From NCBI GenBank assembly GCA_913061155.1, contig CAJXSI010000001.1, positions 13,955 through 77,954 of the forward strand: a DNA stretch of 64,000 nt. The letters are read 5' to 3'. The translations under genes and the position numbers were made by a program. The notes below the pieces were generated by a model. The model searched no databases. It saw only the letters and a list, made by a program, of their open reading frames with translations, and was not told the origin of the DNA. The stretch's first letter is position 1. Each line of letters starts with the position of its first letter. The DNA is from an uncultured Alphaproteobacteria bacterium (lineage in GTDB: Bacteria > Pseudomonadota > Alphaproteobacteria > UBA7879 > VGCX01). Below, piece after piece: positions 39,355 through 53,753 of this stretch.

Positions 39355-39440
39355 TGCATTGTCCTATATGAAATTTAAATTTGTATCACACAGACTAACG
39401 ATTGTATAAAAGTTAGTTCAAACAAAGGATGGGGTCACGT

Positions 39441-42400
39441 ATGTCAGGAGCATCAATTCGTCGTGTTCGCTTAAACTACGGAAAAATTGCCCAAGTTGCA
39501 CCAATTCCGAACTTGATTCAGGGGCAAAAAAGCTCTTATGAAGCATTTTTGCAGCAAGGTGTATTCAAGAAAGATAGGAAAAACGCAGGTTTGGAATCAG
39601 TATTCCAAGCGGTTTTCCCAATTTCAGATTTTTCTGGTAGAGCGCAATTAGAATATATTTCATATGATTTTGATGAGCCTAAGTATGATATTGAAGAATG
39701 TCGTCAACGTGGTGTCACTTATGCTGCACCTTTAAGGGTTAAGCTTCGTTTGATTGTTTGGGGTGTTGATGAAGATACAGAGGCAAAATCTGTAAAAGAT
39801 ATTCGTGAACAAGATGTTTACATGGGTGATATGCCCTTGATGACAGAGGAAGGTACCTTTATTATCAACGGAACGGAACGTGTTGTCGTTTCCCAGATGC
39901 ACAGATCGCCTGGCGTTTTCTTTGATCACGATGATGGTAAAACGCATGCATCCGGCAAGCTTTTGTTTGGCGCACGTATTATTCCATACCGTGGGTCATG
40001 GATGGATATTGAATTTGATGCCAAAGATATGGTCTATGTTCGCATTGATCGTCGCCGGAAAATTCTTGCAACCACAGTTTTGATGGCATTGGAAGGTGCT
40101 GTTGCTAAAGTTTCAAAGAAAAAAGATGGTAAAGATTTTGTTGATGGAATGGACTCTGAGGAGATTTTAAAAACATTCTATGATGTTTTAGAGGTGTCCC
40201 GAGATAAGAAATCTTGGGCTATTGATTTTATCCCATCTTCAATGCGAGGCGCAACGCCAAATAGTGATGTGCTTGAAGCAAAAACAGGCAAGGTACTTCT
40301 TGAAAAAGATAAAAAAGTAACCCCAAGACTGATCCGTAAGTTGGAAGAATTGAAAGATCTTAAGATCTCTGTGGAATCTGAAGATTTAATTGGTCGTTAT
40401 TTTTCTCATGCCATTGTTGATGGGAAAACAGGTGAAGTCATCGCCGAAGCTGGTGATGAAATTACAAAAGAAATTTATATTGAGCTTGAAAAAGCAGATA
40501 TAAAAAGCTTTTCTGTTCTTGCGATTGATAATATTAATATTGGTCCATATATACGCAATACTTTGGCAGCAGATAAAAATACATCTCGCCAAGAAGCTTT
40601 GATGGATATTTATCGGGTGCTTCGTCCAGGTGAACCGCCAACATTAGAAGGGGCGCTTGGTTTATTCAATAGTTTGTTTTTTGATCCTGAGCGTTATGAT
40701 TTGTCTGCGGTTGGTCGTGTGAAGATGAATGCTCGTCTTGGGTTTGAAGCTTCTGACGTGCCAGGAACGCTTCGCAAAGAAGATATTATTCAAATTACAA
40801 AAATGTTGGTTGGGCTACGTGATGGCCAAGGTGAAATCGATGATATCGATAACCTTGGGAACCGTCGTGTGCGTTCAGTCGGTGAATTGCTTGAAAACCA
40901 ATATCGTGTTGGTCTGTTACGAATGGAAAGAACCGTTCGTGAAAGAATGGGATCGGTAGAGCTTGAAAGTGCTATGCCGCATGACTTGATCAATGCAAAG
41001 CCAACAGCTGCAACAATCCGTGAGTTCTTTAGTTCTTCCCAATTGTCACAGTTTATGGATCAAACAAACCCATTGTCTGAAATTACGCACAAACGTCGTT
41101 TGTCTGCGCTTGGGCCGGGTGGTTTATCCAGAGACCGCGCTTCTTTCGAAGTTCGTGATGTTCACCCAACGCATTATGGGCGTATTTGTCCAATTGAAAC
41201 ACCAGAAGGTCCAAACATTGGTTTGATTAACTCTTTGGCGACTTATGCACGCGTTAACAAATACGGGTTTATTGAAAGCCCTTACCGGAAGGTTGTGAAT
41301 GGTAAGGTGACTGATGAAGTTGTTTATCTTTCTGCTATGGAAGAAAGCCGTTATACAATTGCGCAAGCTGATGTGCCTATGGACAAACAAGGCAAAATCA
41401 CACCTGATCTTGTGACATGTCGTTCAAAAGGCGATTTCGTTACCATTGCAAATGACCAAGTGGATTATATAGATGTATCGCCAAAGCAGCTTGTTTCTGT
41501 TGCTGCGTCTTTGATTCCATTCTTGGAAAATGATGACGCCAACCGTGCTTTGATGGGGTCAAACATGCAACGCCAAGCTGTGCCTTTGTTGAAAACAGAA
41601 GCCCCCATGGTTGGGACTGGTATGGAAGCAAAAGTGGCACGCGATTCTGGTGTTGTTGCAATTGCAAGACGTGCCGGTACGGTTGAGCAAGTTGATGGGG
41701 AAAGAATTGTCATCAGGGCCATTGGTAAAGATTCTAAGGAACAAGGGGTTGATATCTATAACTTAAATAAGTATCAACGTTCCAACCAAAACACTTGTGT
41801 TAACCAACGCCCACTTGTGAAAGCTGGCGACAAGGTTTTTGAAGGTGAGGTTATCGCAGACGGTGCTTCAACTGATAAAGGGGAATTAGCGCTTGGTCGT
41901 AACGTTTTTGTGGCTTTCATGTCATGGAGTGGTTACAACTTTGAGGACTCCATTATGATTTCCGAACGTGTTGTTCGTGATGACGTCTTTACATCAATTC
42001 ACATTGAAGAATTTGAAGTTATGGCGCGTGACACAAAGTTAGGGCCAGAAGAAATCACACGGGATATTCCAAACGTTGGGGAAGATGCTTTGCGGCATTT
42101 GGACGAAACGGGTATCGTGTACATTGGTGCTGAATTAAGCCCGAGTGATATTCTTGTTGGTAAAGTAACGCCAAAAGGCGAAACACCTACAACGCCGGAA
42201 GAAAAATTGTTAAGGGCCATCTTTGGTGAAAAAGCATCTGATGTAAGAGATAGTTCTTTGCGTTTGCCTCCAGGGGTGAATGGTACAGTTGTGGATGTTC
42301 GTGTTTTCTCCCGTCGTGGTATTGAAAAAGATGAACGTGCACTGGCTATTGAAAAATCAGAAGTTGATCGCTTAAACAAAGACCGGGATGCTGAAATTTC

Positions 42401-43589
42401 TATTCTTGAGCGTAGTTATTTTTCAAGATTAGGTGAGTTATTAGAAGGTCAAATTGTTTCCAAGGGGCCCAAATCTATGCAGGCTGGGTCACAGTTAACA
42501 AGAGAAGCCTTGAAAGAATTAACACATGGTCAATGGCGACAAATTTCAGTTAAAGATTCTGCCACAATGGAGAATATTGAGGTTATTACAAAAGATTTTG
42601 ATGGCCGAGTAAAATTCATCAAAGAACGTTTTGAAAATAAAACTGATAAGATCCGTCGCGGAGATGAAATGCTTCCGGGTGTTCTGAAGATGGTTAAAGT
42701 TTTTGTTGCTGTGAAAAGAAAACTTCAGCCAGGTGATAAAATGGCGGGGCGTCATGGAAACAAAGGTGTTATTTCAAGAATCACACCAGTTGAAGATATG
42801 CCTCATTTAGAAGATGGAACAGTCGTTGATGTTGTGTTGAACCCTCTTGGAATTCCATCACGTATGAACGTTGGGCAAATTCTTGAAACTCACTTAGGAT
42901 GGGCTTCGCATGGACTTGCTAAGCAAATTACGAAAGTCTTGGATGAGGTTCGTAAAGATTCCAGCAAAAAAGACGATCTTCGTAAGAAAATGGAAGAAGT
43001 GTACGGTAATACGTCGACTGGCGAAGAAGTTAAAAAGCTGACGGATACCCAAATAAGGCAAGTTGCTGAAGGTATTGGCAGCGGTGTTCCCATTGCAACA
43101 CCAGTTTTCGATGGTGCAAAAGCGGAAGATGTTTCTGATTTGCTTGAAAAAGCAGGAATGGATCGTTCAGGGCAAGTTGTCTTGCTTGATGGGCGTACGG
43201 GACAGGCTTTTGATCGTAAGTGTACGGTTGGGTATAAGTATATTCTTAAGCTTCATCACTTGATTGACGAAAAAATCCATGCAAGGTCCATTGGACCCTA
43301 CAGTTTGGTAACGCAACAACCATTGGGTGGTAAGGCCCAGTTTGGTGGCCAACGTTTTGGTGAAATGGAAGTTTGGGCCCTTGAAGCTTATGGGGCTGCG
43401 TATACTTTGCAAGAAATGCTTACAGTTAAATCTGATGATGTATCAGGAAGAACCAGAGCATATGAATCAATTATTCGTGGGGAAAATACCTTCGAATGTG
43501 GTGTTCCAGAATCATTTAACGTTTTGGTAAAAGAAATAAAATCTTTGGGTTTGAATGTTGAGCTTAGAGATAAAAAGTCTGAAGAATAG
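39441..43589 (+). CDS. rpoB: DNA-directed RNA polymerase beta subunit
   Basis: Full-length RpoB with conserved blocks. Start taken at the second ATG, which has better SD spacing; the ORF-track ATG at 39429 is the alternative. Confidence 0.95.
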   Translation: MSGASIRRVRLNYGKIAQVAPIPNLIQGQKSSYEAFLQQGVFKKDRKNAGLESVFQAVFPISDFSGRAQLEYISYDFDEPKYDIEECRQRGVTYAAPLRVKLRLIVWGVDEDTEAKSVKDIREQDVYMGDMPLMTEEGTFIINGTERVVVSQMHRSPGVFFDHDDGKTHASGKLLFGARIIPYRGSWMDIEFDAKDMVYVRIDRRRKILATTVLMALEGAVAKVSKKKDGKDFVDGMDSEEILKTFYDVLEVSRDKKSWAIDFIPSSMRGATPNSDVLEAKTGKVLLEKDKKVTPRLIRKLEELKDLKISVESEDLIGRYFSHAIVDGKTGEVIAEAGDEITKEIYIELEKADIKSFSVLAIDNINIGPYIRNTLAADKNTSRQEALMDIYRVLRPGEPPTLEGALGLFNSLFFDPERYDLSAVGRVKMNARLGFEASDVPGTLRKEDIIQITKMLVGLRDGQGEIDDIDNLGNRRVRSVGELLENQYRVGLLRMERTVRERMGSVELESAMPHDLINAKPTAATIREFFSSSQLSQFMDQTNPLSEITHKRRLSALGPGGLSRDRASFEVRDVHPTHYGRICPIETPEGPNIGLINSLATYARVNKYGFIESPYRKVVNGKVTDEVVYLSAMEESRYTIAQADVPMDKQGKITPDLVTCRSKGDFVTIANDQVDYIDVSPKQLVSVAASLIPFLENDDANRALMGSNMQRQAVPLLKTEAPMVGTGMEAKVARDSGVVAIARRAGTVEQVDGERIVIRAIGKDSKEQGVDIYNLNKYQRSNQNTCVNQRPLVKAGDKVFEGEVIADGASTDKGELALGRNVFVAFMSWSGYNFEDSIMISERVVRDDVFTSIHIEEFEVMARDTKLGPEEITRDIPNVGEDALRHLDETGIVYIGAELSPSDILVGKVTPKGETPTTPEEKLLRAIFGEKASDVRDSSLRLPPGVNGTVVDVRVFSRRGIEKDERALAIEKSEVDRLNKDRDAEISILERSYFSRLGELLEGQIVSKGPKSMQAGSQLTREALKELTHGQWRQISVKDSATMENIEVITKDFDGRVKFIKERFENKTDKIRRGDEMLPGVLKMVKVFVAVKRKLQPGDKMAGRHGNKGVISRITPVEDMPHLEDGTVVDVVLNPLGIPSRMNVGQILETHLGWASHGLAKQITKVLDEVRKDSSKKDDLRKKMEEVYGNTSTGEEVKKLTDTQIRQVAEGIGSGVPIATPVFDGAKAEDVSDLLEKAGMDRSGQVVLLDGRTGQAFDRKCTVGYKYILKLHHLIDEKIHARSIGPYSLVTQQPLGGKAQFGGQRFGEMEVWALEAYGAAYTLQEMLTVKSDDVSGRTRAYESIIRGENTFECGVPESFNVLVKEIKSLGLNVELRDKKSEE

Positions 43590-43603
43590 GCGGGAGATAC
43601 AGC

Positions 43604-46600
43604 ATGAGTAATGCACTACAAAAAGTTATTAACCAAGTTTCAAACCCTCACCAGTTTGAAGAAATTGCAATCTCTATAGCAAGCCCTGAAAAAATTAGGT
43701 CTTGGTCATTTGGAGAGGTTAAAAAACCAGAAACGATTAACTATAGAACATTTAAGCCTGAAAAAGACGGTTTGTTCTGTGCGCGTATTTTCGGTCCAAT
43801 AAAAGATTACGAATGTTTGTGCGGTAAATATAAACGCATGAAATTCCGTGGCGTAGTGTGTGAAAAATGTGGTGTTGAAGTCACATTATCAAAAGTACGT
43901 CGTGAACGGATGGGGCATATTGACCTTGCTGCGCCTGTTGCACATATATGGATGTTAAAATCTTTACCAAGCCGGATTGGTATCCTTCTTGATATGCCTT
44001 TAAAAGAATTGGAAAAAGTTCTTTATTTCGAGAGTTATATCGTTATAGATCCAGGCTTGACAGATTTGAAGAAAAACCAACTTCTTTCTGAAGAAGCCTT
44101 GTATGAAGCCCAAGATAAATTTGGGGAAGATGCCTTTAATGCAAAAATTGGGGCAGAGGCAATTAAGGAAATTTTATCCGAAATTGACGTAGAAGTAGAA
44201 TCAAAACTTTTGAAGGAAGAACTTATTACGGTTACTTCCGAAGCACGCCGCAAAAAAATTGTTAAGCGTCTAAAGCTTGTTAATGCACTGCATGAATCTG
44301 GCATAAATCCTGAATGGGTTATTATGACCATTATTCCGGTTATACCGCCTGAATTAAGGCCATTGGTTCCATTGGACGGTGGGCGTTTTGCAACTTCAGA
44401 CCTGAATGATCTTTATCGTCGTGTTATTAACAGAAACAATCGTTTGAAAAGATTATTAGAACTTCGCGCACCAGACATTATCGTACGTAACGAAAAAAGA
44501 ATGTTGCAAGAATCAGTTGATGCTTTGTTTGATAATGGTCGTCGCGGTCGTGTAATGACAGGCGCAAATAAACGTCCTTTGAAATCATTATCTGACATGC
44601 TTAAGGGTAAGCAAGGGCGTTTCCGTCAGAACTTGCTTGGGAAACGTGTTGATTATTCAGGACGTTCTGTGATTGTTGTTGGGCCGTCTTTGAAGCTACA
44701 TCAATGTGGTATTCCAAAGAAAATGGCTTTGGAATTGTTTAAGCCCTTCATCTATTCAAAACTTGAAAGAAGAGGCATCGCGACAACGATTAAAGCTGCC
44801 AAAAAAATGGTTGAAAAAGAACGTGCCGAAGTTTGGGATATTCTTGAAGAGGTTATTAGAGAGCATCCGATACTTCTTAACCGTGCGCCAACGTTGCACC
44901 GTTTGGGAATTCAGGCATTTGAACCTATTTTAATTGAAGGAAAAGCTATTCAGCTTCACCCCCTTGTTTGTACTGCTTTTAACGCGGATTTCGACGGAGA
45001 CCAAATGGCCGTTCACGTGCCCTTGTCTTTAGAGGCCCAACTTGAAGCACGTGTATTGATGATGTCCACGAACAATATTTTAAGTCCAGCAAATGGTCAG
45101 CCAATTATTGTTCCAACAAAAGATATTGTTTTGGGGCTGTATTATTTATCAATTCAACGTAATAACCAAAAAGGGGAAGGTAAGTTATTTGCTTCTCTTG
45201 GTGAAATTGAAAAAGCATTGGAAGAAAAAGAAGTTTCCCTTCATGCAAAAATCAAAGCACGTGTAGATGATATTGATGAAGAAGGTAATCTTGTTACAAA
45301 AGCTGTTGAAACAACGCCAGGAAGATTTATTTTAGGAACGTATTTACCAAAGAATAAAAAGCTTGGTTTTTCAGCAATAAATAAGCTTTTGAAATCATCA
45401 GAAATTTCTGAACTAATTAGCTTGGTTTACCGTCATTGTGGGCAAAAAGAAACAGTTCTTTTCGCTGACAAAATAATGGGGCTTGGTTTCAAGTGGCTTA
45501 CATTATCAGGTATTTCCTTTGGTAAAGATGATCTTGTTATTCCTAAGACAAAAGAAAAATTGGTTGCGGCGACTCAAGCACAAGTCAATGAATACGAGCA
45601 ACAATACCAAGATGGTTTGATTACCCAAGGTGAAAAATACAACAAGGTAGTTGACGTATGGGCACAATGTGGTGACAAAGTAGCAATCGAACTTATGGAA
45701 GAAATTGCGACAGCTAAAGATGAAGAACAGGTTAACTCTGTTTATATGATGGCGCACTCAGGTGCACGTGGATCCATTCAACAAATGAAACAGTTGGCTG
45801 GTATGCGTGGTTTGATGGCGAAGCCTTCTGGTGAGATTATTGAAACACCAATTATTTCAAACTTTAAAGAAGGTTTGAATGTGCGGGAATATTTCAACTC
45901 GACTCACGGGGCACGTAAAGGTCTTTCTGACACCGCTTTGAAAACAGCAAACTCAGGTTATTTGACGCGTCGTCTTGTTGATGTGGCCCAGGATTGCGTT
46001 GTCCGAGAAGAAGATTGCGGCGCGAAAAAAGGTATTACTATTGATACAGTTGTTGATGGTGGTAACATTATCGTATCCTTGGTTGACAGAGTCTTAGGTC
46101 GTACGCCATTAAACGATATTATTGACCCGGTAACGGATAAAGTAATCGTACCGGCTGGGGAATTGATTGAAGAGGATCATCTTGATACGATCAACCAATC
46201 AAGCCTTGATTCAATCGTTGTTCGTTCGACATTAACTTGTGAAGCGGCAAAGGGTGTTTGTATGAAGTGTTACGGGCGGGATCTTGCGCGTAATGAAAAG
46301 GTGAATATTGGAGAAGCAGTTGGTATTATTGCTGCCCAGTCCATTGGTGAGCCTGGAACACAGTTGACGATGAGAACATTCCATATCGGTGGTGCGGCAC
46401 AGGGGGGGACAGAACAGTCCTTTGTTGAGGCGCCTGGTGATGGTGAAGTTCTGTTGAAAAGCGCAGTTCTTATCGACAAGGATGAAAAGACAAAGATCGT
46501 TATGAATCGTCAAACAGAGCTTTGCTTGTTAGATGGTCAAGGACGTGAAAAATACAAGAAAAAATTACCGTATGGGTCTGTATTATCTGTCGGAACTGGG

Positions 46601-47752
46601 GATAAAGTATCCAGGGGTGATAAGATTGCTGAATGGGATCCTTATACAACGCCAGTCATGACAGAGCTTGCTGGTACTGTTAAGTACGAAGATCTTCTTG
46701 ATGGGGCGTCTATGCGCGAAGTTACAGATGAAGAAACGGGTATCAGTAACCGTGTTGTTGTTGACTGGCGTCAACAAACAAAGGGTGCAGTATTGAAACC
46801 ACGTATCATTATTTGTGATAAGCAAGGGGAGCCTTTGAAATTGTCTAATGGCATGGAAGCGCGTTATTTCTTGCCTGTTGATGCGATTGTCAACGTTGAT
46901 AATGGTGTGGAGGTAAAGGCAGGGGAATTCTTGGCACGTATACCAAAAGAATCTTCGAAAACACGCGACATCACAGGGGGGCTACCCCGTGTTGCGGAAT
47001 TGTTTGAAGCCAGAATGCCTAAGGATCACGCAATTATTTCAGAATGTGACGGACGTGTTGAATTTGGTCGTGACTACAAATCTAAAAGAAGGATTGTGGT
47101 TGTGCCTGAAGATAAAACGCAAGAGCCAGTGGAATATCTGATTCCAAAGGGACGTAACATGGCTGTTCACGAAGGGGATTATGTTCAGAAGGGGGATGCC
47201 TTGCTTGAAGGGAACCCAGTACCGCATGATATTCTACGTGTTCTTGGTGTCGAAGCCTTAGCTAACTATATGGTTGATGAGGTTCAAGAAATTTACCGCT
47301 TGCAAGGTGTGAAGATTGATGATAAACACATTGAAGTGATTACACGTCAAATGTTGCAAAAAGTTGAAATTGTTGAACCAGGTGACACAACTTTTGTTGC
47401 AGGGGAACAGACAGAGCGTGAAGAATATGAACTGGCTAACAAGAAAATGGAAGAAGAAGGGTTAAGGAAAGCTGTTGCTCGTAATATTTTACAAGGTATT
47501 ACAAAAGCTTCATTGCAAACTAAATCATTCATTTCTGCTGCAGCCTTCCAAGAGACGACACGTGTCTTGACAGACGCTGCAGTGTCTGGAAAATCAGACA
47601 GCTTGATTGGCTTGAAAGAAAACGTACTTGTGGGTCGCTTGATCCCGGCTGGTACAGGGTCTATTGTTCGTAAGTTTGAAGAAATTGCGGAACAAAGGGA
47701 TTCTGAAAAGCTAGAAAAACCAAAAACTGCTGGGGTTGGAGCGATTTCTTAA
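43604..47752 (+). CDS. rpoC: DNA-directed RNA polymerase beta' subunit
   Basis: Zn-binding [21 protein letters not shown] and NADFDGD catalytic motif. 1382 aa. Confidence 0.97.
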   Translation: MSNALQKVINQVSNPHQFEEIAISIASPEKIRSWSFGEVKKPETINYRTFKPEKDGLFCARIFGPIKDYECLCGKYKRMKFRGVVCEKCGVEVTLSKVRRERMGHIDLAAPVAHIWMLKSLPSRIGILLDMPLKELEKVLYFESYIVIDPGLTDLKKNQLLSEEALYEAQDKFGEDAFNAKIGAEAIKEILSEIDVEVESKLLKEELITVTSEARRKKIVKRLKLVNALHESGINPEWVIMTIIPVIPPELRPLVPLDGGRFATSDLNDLYRRVINRNNRLKRLLELRAPDIIVRNEKRMLQESVDALFDNGRRGRVMTGANKRPLKSLSDMLKGKQGRFRQNLLGKRVDYSGRSVIVVGPSLKLHQCGIPKKMALELFKPFIYSKLERRGIATTIKAAKKMVEKERAEVWDILEEVIREHPILLNRAPTLHRLGIQAFEPILIEGKAIQLHPLVCTAFNADFDGDQMAVHVPLSLEAQLEARVLMMSTNNILSPANGQPIIVPTKDIVLGLYYLSIQRNNQKGEGKLFASLGEIEKALEEKEVSLHAKIKARVDDIDEEGNLVTKAVETTPGRFILGTYLPKNKKLGFSAINKLLKSSEISELISLVYRHCGQKETVLFADKIMGLGFKWLTLSGISFGKDDLVIPKTKEKLVAATQAQVNEYEQQYQDGLITQGEKYNKVVDVWAQCGDKVAIELMEEIATAKDEEQVNSVYMMAHSGARGSIQQMKQLAGMRGLMAKPSGEIIETPIISNFKEGLNVREYFNSTHGARKGLSDTALKTANSGYLTRRLVDVAQDCVVREEDCGAKKGITIDTVVDGGNIIVSLVDRVLGRTPLNDIIDPVTDKVIVPAGELIEEDHLDTINQSSLDSIVVRSTLTCEAAKGVCMKCYGRDLARNEKVNIGEAVGIIAAQSIGEPGTQLTMRTFHIGGAAQGGTEQSFVEAPGDGEVLLKSAVLIDKDEKTKIVMNRQTELCLLDGQGREKYKKKLPYGSVLSVGTGDKVSRGDKIAEWDPYTTPVMTELAGTVKYEDLLDGASMREVTDEETGISNRVVVDWRQQTKGAVLKPRIIICDKQGEPLKLSNGMEARYFLPVDAIVNVDNGVEVKAGEFLARIPKESSKTRDITGGLPRVAELFEARMPKDHAIISECDGRVEFGRDYKSKRRIVVVPEDKTQEPVEYLIPKGRNMAVHEGDYVQKGDALLEGNPVPHDILRVLGVEALANYMVDEVQEIYRLQGVKIDDKHIEVITRQMLQKVEIVEPGDTTFVAGEQTEREEYELANKKMEEEGLRKAVARNILQGITKASLQTKSFISAAAFQETTRVLTDAAVSGKSDSLIGLKENVLVGRLIPAGTGSIVRKFEEIAEQRDSEKLEKPKTAGVGAIS

Positions 47753-47915
47753 AAATCGCTCCCTGCCACGCAGGAGATACCTTCAAAGTGATTTTTTTCA
47801 CTTTTGGTATTTAAAAACAAAATATTTATACTATATATAGAATTGAGGGTTGACGCATTGCAGAAGTCAGCTTAGTATTCAAAACAAAGTTTTAACATTG
47901 TGAATAGAGGAATGT

Positions 47916-48287
47916 ATGCCTACAATTAACCAATTAATTCGCAAGCCTAGGAAAAGGCCTGTTGTGCGAAATAAAGTTCCAGCTATGCAAAGCTGTCCGC
48001 AAAAAAGGGGTGTTTGTACTCGTGTAACGACTATGACACCTAAAAAGCCAAACTCAGCCTTGCGTAAAGTTGCACGTATTCGTCTAACAAATGGTTATGA
48101 AGTTACTGGTTATATTCCAGGTGAGGGGCATAATTTGCAAGAACACTCCGTTGTATTGATTCGTGGTGGTCGTGTAAAGGATTTGCCGGGTGTACGTTAT
48201 CACATTCTACGTGGTGCGTTGGATACCCAAGGTGTTAAGGACCGTAAAAAAGGTCGTTCTAAGTATGGCGCAAAAAGGCCAAAATAA
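47916..48287 (+). CDS. rpsL: 30S ribosomal protein S12
   Basis: [13 protein letters not shown]...[18 protein letters not shown]. Confidence 0.97.
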   Translation: MPTINQLIRKPRKRPVVRNKVPAMQSCPQKRGVCTRVTTMTPKKPNSALRKVARIRLTNGYEVTGYIPGEGHNLQEHSVVLIRGGRVKDLPGVRYHILRGALDTQGVKDRKKGRSKYGAKRPK

Positions 48288-48300
48288 GGAGCAATAATAA

Positions 48301-48771
48301 ATGTCACGTCGTCGCGCAGCAGAAAAAAGGGATATACTCCCTGATCCAAAATATAACGATAAGGTTATAACAAAGTTTGTTAATAATCTTATGGTGGATG
48401 GTAAAAAGTCTATTTCTGAGAAAATTTTGTACGGAGCTTTGGAAATAGTTCAAGGCCGTATAGGGAAAGACCCGTTAGAAGCTTTTCATGAAGTGTTGGA
48501 AAGTATTAAGCCAAGTGTTGAAGTTCGTTCACGCCGTGTTGGTGGTGCAACGTATCAAATTCCGATGGAAGTTAGTGCGCGTCGTTCGCAAGCATTGGCA
48601 ATTCGTTGGGCTGTTGATATGGCGCGTAAGCGTAATGAGAAAACAATGGTAGATCGTTTGGCTGGTGAATTTACGGATGCCTTGAATGGCCGTGGTTCTG
48701 CAGTTAAGAAAAAAGAAGATACACATAAAATGGCTGAAGCAAACCGTGCTTTTGCTCACTATCGCTGGTAA
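48301..48771 (+). CDS. rpsG: 30S ribosomal protein S7
   Basis: [28 protein letters not shown]... Confidence 0.97.
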   Translation: MSRRRAAEKRDILPDPKYNDKVITKFVNNLMVDGKKSISEKILYGALEIVQGRIGKDPLEAFHEVLESIKPSVEVRSRRVGGATYQIPMEVSARRSQALAIRWAVDMARKRNEKTMVDRLAGEFTDALNGRGSAVKKKEDTHKMAEANRAFAHYRW

Positions 48772-48783
48772 TAGGAATTAGGT

Positions 48784-50862
48784 ATGTCGCGTATAACACC
48801 ATTAAGTAAATATCGTAATATTGGGATTATGGCCCATATTGATGCGGGTAAGACAACTACAACAGAGCGTGTTTTGTACTACACGGGTCGTTCTCATAAA
48901 ATTGGTGAGGTTCACGAGGGTGATGCGACTATGGACTGGATGGAGCAAGAGCAAGAGCGTGGTATTACAATCACGTCAGCTGCGACAACATGTTTCTGGA
49001 ATGATCATCGTATCAATATCATTGATACCCCTGGGCACGTAGATTTCACTGTAGAAGTTGAGCGTGCTTTGCGTGTATTAGATGGTGCGGTTGCTGTTTT
49101 TGATAGTGTTGCAGGTGTGGAGCCGCAATCTGAGACTGTATGGCGTCAAGCAGATCGTTATAATGTTCCAAGAATGTGTTTCGTGAACAAGATGGACCGT
49201 ATGGGGGCTGATTTTTACCGCTGTGTTCAAATGATGAAGGATCGTTTGGGGGCGAAGCCATTATTGCTTCAGTTGCCAATCGGTTCAGAATCTGATTTTG
49301 TTGGGGTTGTTGATCTTGTCAAAATGAAGGCAATTCGTTGGTTGGAGGAGTCCTTAGGGGCAAAATTTGTTGAAGAAGATATTCCTGCTGATCTAAAAGA
49401 CAAAGCGAATAACTATCGTGCACAGCTGGTTGAATCAGCTGTTGAGATGGACGATGCTGCCATGGAAGCTTATTTGAGTGGTGATGAGCCTTCAGCGGAG
49501 ACTTTAAAGAAATGTATTCGTAAGGGGGTCATTGCGGGTGGTTTTGTTCCCGTTCTTTGTGGGACAGCCTTTAAAAACAAGGGTGTTCAGCCATTACTTG
49601 ATGCCGTTGTTGACTACTTGCCGTCACCTGAAGATGTTGATTCTGTTGAAGGTGTGTCTGTAACGGATGAGAATATGAAAGTTCTTCGTAAGTCAGATGA
49701 TAATGAGCCGTTTTCAGGTTTAGCCTTTAAAATTATGAATGACCCATTCGTTGGGACTATTACATTCGTACGTATTTATTCTGGTAAAATTGAATCAGGT
49801 TCTAACGTTTTGAACTCTGTTAAGGACAAAAAAGAACGTATTGGTCGTATGCTTTTGATGCACGCCAATAGTCGGGAAGACATTAAAGTCGCTATGGCTG
49901 GAGATATTGTTGCCTTGTGTGGTTTAAAGAATGTTACGACAGGGGAAACTTTGTGTGATCCATTGAAACCAGTTATTTTGGAAAATATGGACTTCCCAGA
50001 TCCGGTTATTGAAGTTGCGGTTGAACCTAAGTCAAAAGCTGACCAGGAAAAAATGGGTATTGCTTTGTCTCGTTTGGCAGCTGAAGATCCATCTTTCCGC
50101 GTTACATCTGACGAAGAATCAGGTCAAACGGTTATTAAGGGGATGGGTGAGCTTCATCTGGAAATCATCGTGGACCGTATGAAACGTGAGTTTAAGGTTG
50201 AAGCAAATGTTGGGGCGCCTCAAGTTGCTTACCGTGAAACAATCACGGGAACTGCAGAGATTGACTACACACACAAAAAGCAATCCGGTGGTGCTGGGCA
50301 GTTCGCGCGTGTCAAAATTATATTTGAATCCAGAGAGCCTGGTGAAGGATATGAATTTATCAGTAAAATTGTGGGTGGTTCTATCCCAAGGGAATATATC
50401 CCGGGTGTTGAAAAAGGTTTGAAATCTTGTATGGATTCAGGACCTTTGGCTGGCTATCCAGTTATCGACTTTAAGGCAACGTTGATTGATGGGGCTTACC
50501 ACGATGTGGACTCAAGTGTTATGGCTTTCGAAATTGCTGCCAGAGCAGCTTTCCGCGAAGGTATTCAAAAGGCGAAACCAAAGCTTCTTGAGCCGATGAT
50601 GAAGGTTGAAGTTGTTACACCTGAAGAATATATGGGAGACATTATTGGGGACTTGAATAGCCGTAGAGGTCAAGTAAACAGTATGGATCAGCAAGGAAAC
50701 GCCCGTTTAGTAACAGCAATGGTGCCATTGGCTTCCATGTTTGGGTACGTAAATACGCTTCGCTCTATGAGCCAAGGTCGCGCTCAGTACACGATGCAGT
50801 TTGATCATTATGATCAAGTTCCGCAAAATGTGGCTGATGAAATTAAAGCAAAAACAGCATAA
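48784..50862 (+). CDS. fusA: Elongation factor G
   Basis: [24 protein letters not shown]..., 692 aa, located in the str operon. Confidence 0.97.
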   Translation: MSRITPLSKYRNIGIMAHIDAGKTTTTERVLYYTGRSHKIGEVHEGDATMDWMEQEQERGITITSAATTCFWNDHRINIIDTPGHVDFTVEVERALRVLDGAVAVFDSVAGVEPQSETVWRQADRYNVPRMCFVNKMDRMGADFYRCVQMMKDRLGAKPLLLQLPIGSESDFVGVVDLVKMKAIRWLEESLGAKFVEEDIPADLKDKANNYRAQLVESAVEMDDAAMEAYLSGDEPSAETLKKCIRKGVIAGGFVPVLCGTAFKNKGVQPLLDAVVDYLPSPEDVDSVEGVSVTDENMKVLRKSDDNEPFSGLAFKIMNDPFVGTITFVRIYSGKIESGSNVLNSVKDKKERIGRMLLMHANSREDIKVAMAGDIVALCGLKNVTTGETLCDPLKPVILENMDFPDPVIEVAVEPKSKADQEKMGIALSRLAAEDPSFRVTSDEESGQTVIKGMGELHLEIIVDRMKREFKVEANVGAPQVAYRETITGTAEIDYTHKKQSGGAGQFARVKIIFESREPGEGYEFISKIVGGSIPREYIPGVEKGLKSCMDSGPLAGYPVIDFKATLIDGAYHDVDSSVMAFEIAARAAFREGIQKAKPKLLEPMMKVEVVTPEEYMGDIIGDLNSRRGQVNSMDQQGNARLVTAMVPLASMFGYVNTLRSMSQGRAQYTMQFDHYDQVPQNVADEIKAKTA

Positions 50863-50864
50863 AG

Positions 50865-52089
50865 AAAAAAGGTAAGGAGAAGAAAGAAATGGGAAAAGCG
50901 AAGTTTGAAAGGACGAAGCCGCACGTAAACATAGGAACGATTGGGCACGTGGACCATGGGAAGACGACATTAACAGCGGCGATTACGAAAGTATTGTCTG
51001 TGGGTGGTGGCGCAGAATTTAAAGCGTATGATCAGATTGATGGAGCGCCAGAAGAAAGAGAACGCGGGATTACGATATCAACAGCCCACGTTGAATATGA
51101 AACAGCAAACCGTCATTATGCGCACGTTGACTGTCCAGGACACGCCGATTATGTAAAGAACATGATTACGGGTGCGGCCCAAATGGATGGTGGTATTTTG
51201 GTTGTATCGGCAACAGACGGACCGATGCCACAAACGCGTGAGCATATCTTGTTAGCGCGCCAAGTTGGTGTACCAGCCTTGGTTGTGTTCATGAACAAGT
51301 GTGACCAAGTGGATGATCCAGAATTGTTAGACTTGGTGGAAATGGAAATTCGTGAATTGCTAAGCAGTTATGAATTCCCAGGGGATGATATTCCAGTGAT
51401 CCGTGGGTCAGCTTTGTGTGCATTGGAAGGGACCAATCCAGAGCTTGGTGAGCAGGCAGTTACGAAATTGATGGAAGAGGTAGATAACTATATTCCAGCA
51501 CCGGAACGTGATAAGGACAAACCATTCTTGATGCCGATTGAAGATGTCTTTTCAATTCCAGGACGTGGAACAGTTGTAACAGGACGTGTTGAAAGCGGAG
51601 TTATTAATGTTGGTGAAGAAGTAGAAATTGTTGGGATTAGAGACACAGTAAAGACAACAGTAACGGGCGTTGAAATGTTCCGTAAGTTGTTGGATCATGG
51701 TGAAGCTGGTGACAACATTGGTGCATTGTTACGTGGGACAAAGAAAGAAGATGTGGAACGCGGTCAAGTATTGACAGCGCCAGGAAAGATTAAGCCGCAC
51801 ACAAGATTCATGTGTGAAGCCTATGTCTTGACGAAAGATGAAGGGGGGCGTCATACACCGTTCTTCTCAAACTATCGTCCACAGTTCTATTTTAGAACAA
51901 CAGACGTGACGGGATCGACAGTATTGCCAGAAGGGACAGAGATGGTAATGCCAGGAGATAACATCACAATGGAAGTAAGTTTAATTGCACCGATTGCTAT
52001 GGACGAAGGACTTCGTTTCGCAATACGTGAAGGTGGCCGTACTGTTGGTGCCGGTGTTGTTACTAAAATTATTGAATAATAATCTTTAG
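50865..52089 (+). repeat. tuf repeat copy B
   Basis: See copy A. Confidence 0.8.
50889..52079 (+). CDS. tuf: Elongation factor Tu (copy 2, str operon)
   Basis: Protein identical to copy 1. The flanking ~25 nt upstream and ~10 nt downstream are also identical. Confidence 0.97.
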   Translation: MGKAKFERTKPHVNIGTIGHVDHGKTTLTAAITKVLSVGGGAEFKAYDQIDGAPEERERGITISTAHVEYETANRHYAHVDCPGHADYVKNMITGAAQMDGGILVVSATDGPMPQTREHILLARQVGVPALVVFMNKCDQVDDPELLDLVEMEIRELLSSYEFPGDDIPVIRGSALCALEGTNPELGEQAVTKLMEEVDNYIPAPERDKDKPFLMPIEDVFSIPGRGTVVTGRVESGVINVGEEVEIVGIRDTVKTTVTGVEMFRKLLDHGEAGDNIGALLRGTKKEDVERGQVLTAPGKIKPHTRFMCEAYVLTKDEGGRHTPFFSNYRPQFYFRTTDVTGSTVLPEGTEMVMPGDNITMEVSLIAPIAMDEGLRFAIREGGRTVGAGVVTKIIE

Positions 52090-52139
52090 TGAGGGGGCTC
52101 TTGAAGTCGTTCAATCCCCCTATTATATGAGAAAGTAAG

Positions 52140-52448
52140 ATGGAAACACAAAATATTAGAATACGTTTAAAATCGTTCGATCATCGTATGTTAGATCAAT
52201 CAACAGACGAGATTGTTAATACAGCAAAGCGTACAGGCGCAATAGTAAAAGGACCAATTCCTTTGCCCACGCTAATTAAGAAATTTACTGTAAACCGTTC
52301 ACCACACATTGATAAAAAGTCTCGTGAACAGTTTGAGATGCGGACTCATAAAAGAGTTTTGGATATAGTAGATTGGACGCCACAAACTGTAGATGCTCTA
52401 ATGAAATTAGAGTTAGCATCAGGTGTTGACGTTGAGATTAAATTATAA
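52140..52448 (+). CDS. rpsJ: 30S ribosomal protein S10
   Basis: [29 protein letters not shown]... Confidence 0.97.
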   Translation: METQNIRIRLKSFDHRMLDQSTDEIVNTAKRTGAIVKGPIPLPTLIKKFTVNRSPHIDKKSREQFEMRTHKRVLDIVDWTPQTVDALMKLELASGVDVEIKL

Positions 52449-52474
52449 TGATTTTAGAGAATAGGAGCCTGACG

Positions 52475-53116
52475 ATGAGAACGGGGCTAATTGGGAAAAA
52501 GATTGGAATGACAAGAATATTCACAGAAGCTGGTGAGCATATACCAGTAACTGTGTTGGAAATTGATTCTTGTAAAATCGTAGGCCATAAAACAATAGAG
52601 CAGCATGGATACAGTGCAGTTCAGGTTGGTTATGGTGTTGCTAAAGAAAAAAATCTTAAGAAACCAGTTCGCGGATTTTATGCGAAAGCTAAGTTGCCAG
52701 TAAACAAATATATTGCAGAGTTTAAAGTTAACCCTGATAGCTATATAGATGTTGGTGCTGAGTTAGATGTTAACCATTTTAAGCCTGGTGCTTATGTTGA
52801 TGTTGTTGGTCAAAGTATTGGTAAGGGCTTTGCTGGTCCTATGAAGCGCCATAACTTTGCTGGTAACAGGGCAAGCCATGGTGTGTCACTTTCACACCGT
52901 TCACATGGGTCAACTGGTCAATGTCAAGATCCAGGAAAAGTTTTCAAAGGTAAGAAAATGGCCGGCCATTATGGTGACCAAAGAACAACAGTACATAATC
53001 TTCAGATTGTACAGGTTGACATGGAAAGCAAATTGATCTTTATTAAGGGATCAGTTCCTGGGGCAAAGGGATCGTACATTAAAGTACGTGACGCAATTAA
53101 AAAGAAAGCTTCCTAA
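52475..53116 (+). CDS. rplC: 50S ribosomal protein L3
   Basis: MRTGLIGKKIGMTRIF... is a canonical L3 start with the SD AGGAG upstream. The ORF-track start at 52448 is probably too long. Confidence 0.9.
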   Translation: MRTGLIGKKIGMTRIFTEAGEHIPVTVLEIDSCKIVGHKTIEQHGYSAVQVGYGVAKEKNLKKPVRGFYAKAKLPVNKYIAEFKVNPDSYIDVGAELDVNHFKPGAYVDVVGQSIGKGFAGPMKRHNFAGNRASHGVSLSHRSHGSTGQCQDPGKVFKGKKMAGHYGDQRTTVHNLQIVQVDMESKLIFIKGSVPGAKGSYIKVRDAIKKKAS

Positions 53117-53129
53117 AGAGAGTCAAACA

Positions 53130-53753
53130 ATGAAGTTAGCATTAGTAGATATAAATAATAAAAAGCTTAGCGACCTTACTTTGAACAAAGATGTGTTCGG
53201 TGTAGATGTTAGAAAAGACATATTACAACGCGTTGTTTCCTGGCAGTTGGCTAAAAAGCGTAGCGGTAACCACCAAACAAAAGAAATTGGTGATGTTAGC
53301 GGGACGACTAAAAAGCCATTCCGTCAAAAGGGAACAGGAAACGCACGTCAAGGTAGCTTAAGGTCTCCACATATGCGTGGGGGGGCAGTTATTTTTGGTC
53401 CGCATAAAAGGGATCATTCATACAGCTTGCCTAAGAAAATCCGCCAACTTGGCATGAAGTGTGCTCTTTCATCAAAAATGGCAGATGAAAATCTGATTAT
53501 TTTGGATGAGGCAAAATTGACATCCAATAAGACAAAAGATTTATTAGCCTTGTTGAAAAGCAACGGTTGGGAATCTGCTTTATTAGTTACAGGTTCTGAC
53601 GTTGATGTGAAATTAGGTCAAGCAGCAAGTAATATTGCTAATTTGGATGTTTTGCCGCAGCAAGGTGTAAATGTTTATAGCATTCTTAGGCGTGACAAAT
53701 TAATTTTGACAAAGGATGCAGTTCATCATTTAGAAGCAAGGTTATCATCATGA
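53130..53753 (+). CDS. rplD: 50S ribosomal protein L4
   Basis: [12 protein letters not shown]... L4-like start. The longer ORF at 53088 overlaps the rplC end. Confidence 0.85.
   Translation: MKLALVDINNKKLSDLTLNKDVFGVDVRKDILQRVVSWQLAKKRSGNHQTKEIGDVSGTTKKPFRQKGTGNARQGSLRSPHMRGGAVIFGPHKRDHSYSLPKKIRQLGMKCALSSKMADENLIILDEAKLTSNKTKDLLALLKSNGWESALLVTGSDVDVKLGQAASNIANLDVLPQQGVNVYSILRRDKLILTKDAVHHLEARLSS

Noticed and set aside
39429-47752. Numerous 60-130 aa ORFs on the opposite strand or in alternate frames inside rpoB and rpoC (and likewise inside topA, rnr, sdhA, fusA and the ribosomal genes)
   Set aside because: They lie entirely within long, well-conserved genes. They have low-complexity or odd composition and no SDs, so they are typical shadow ORFs.
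52080-52139. Hairpin GAGGGGG…CCCCCT between tuf copy 2 and rpsJ, considered as a terminator
   Set aside because: Short stem with no T-tract. More likely part of the S10 leader, so I did not annotate it.
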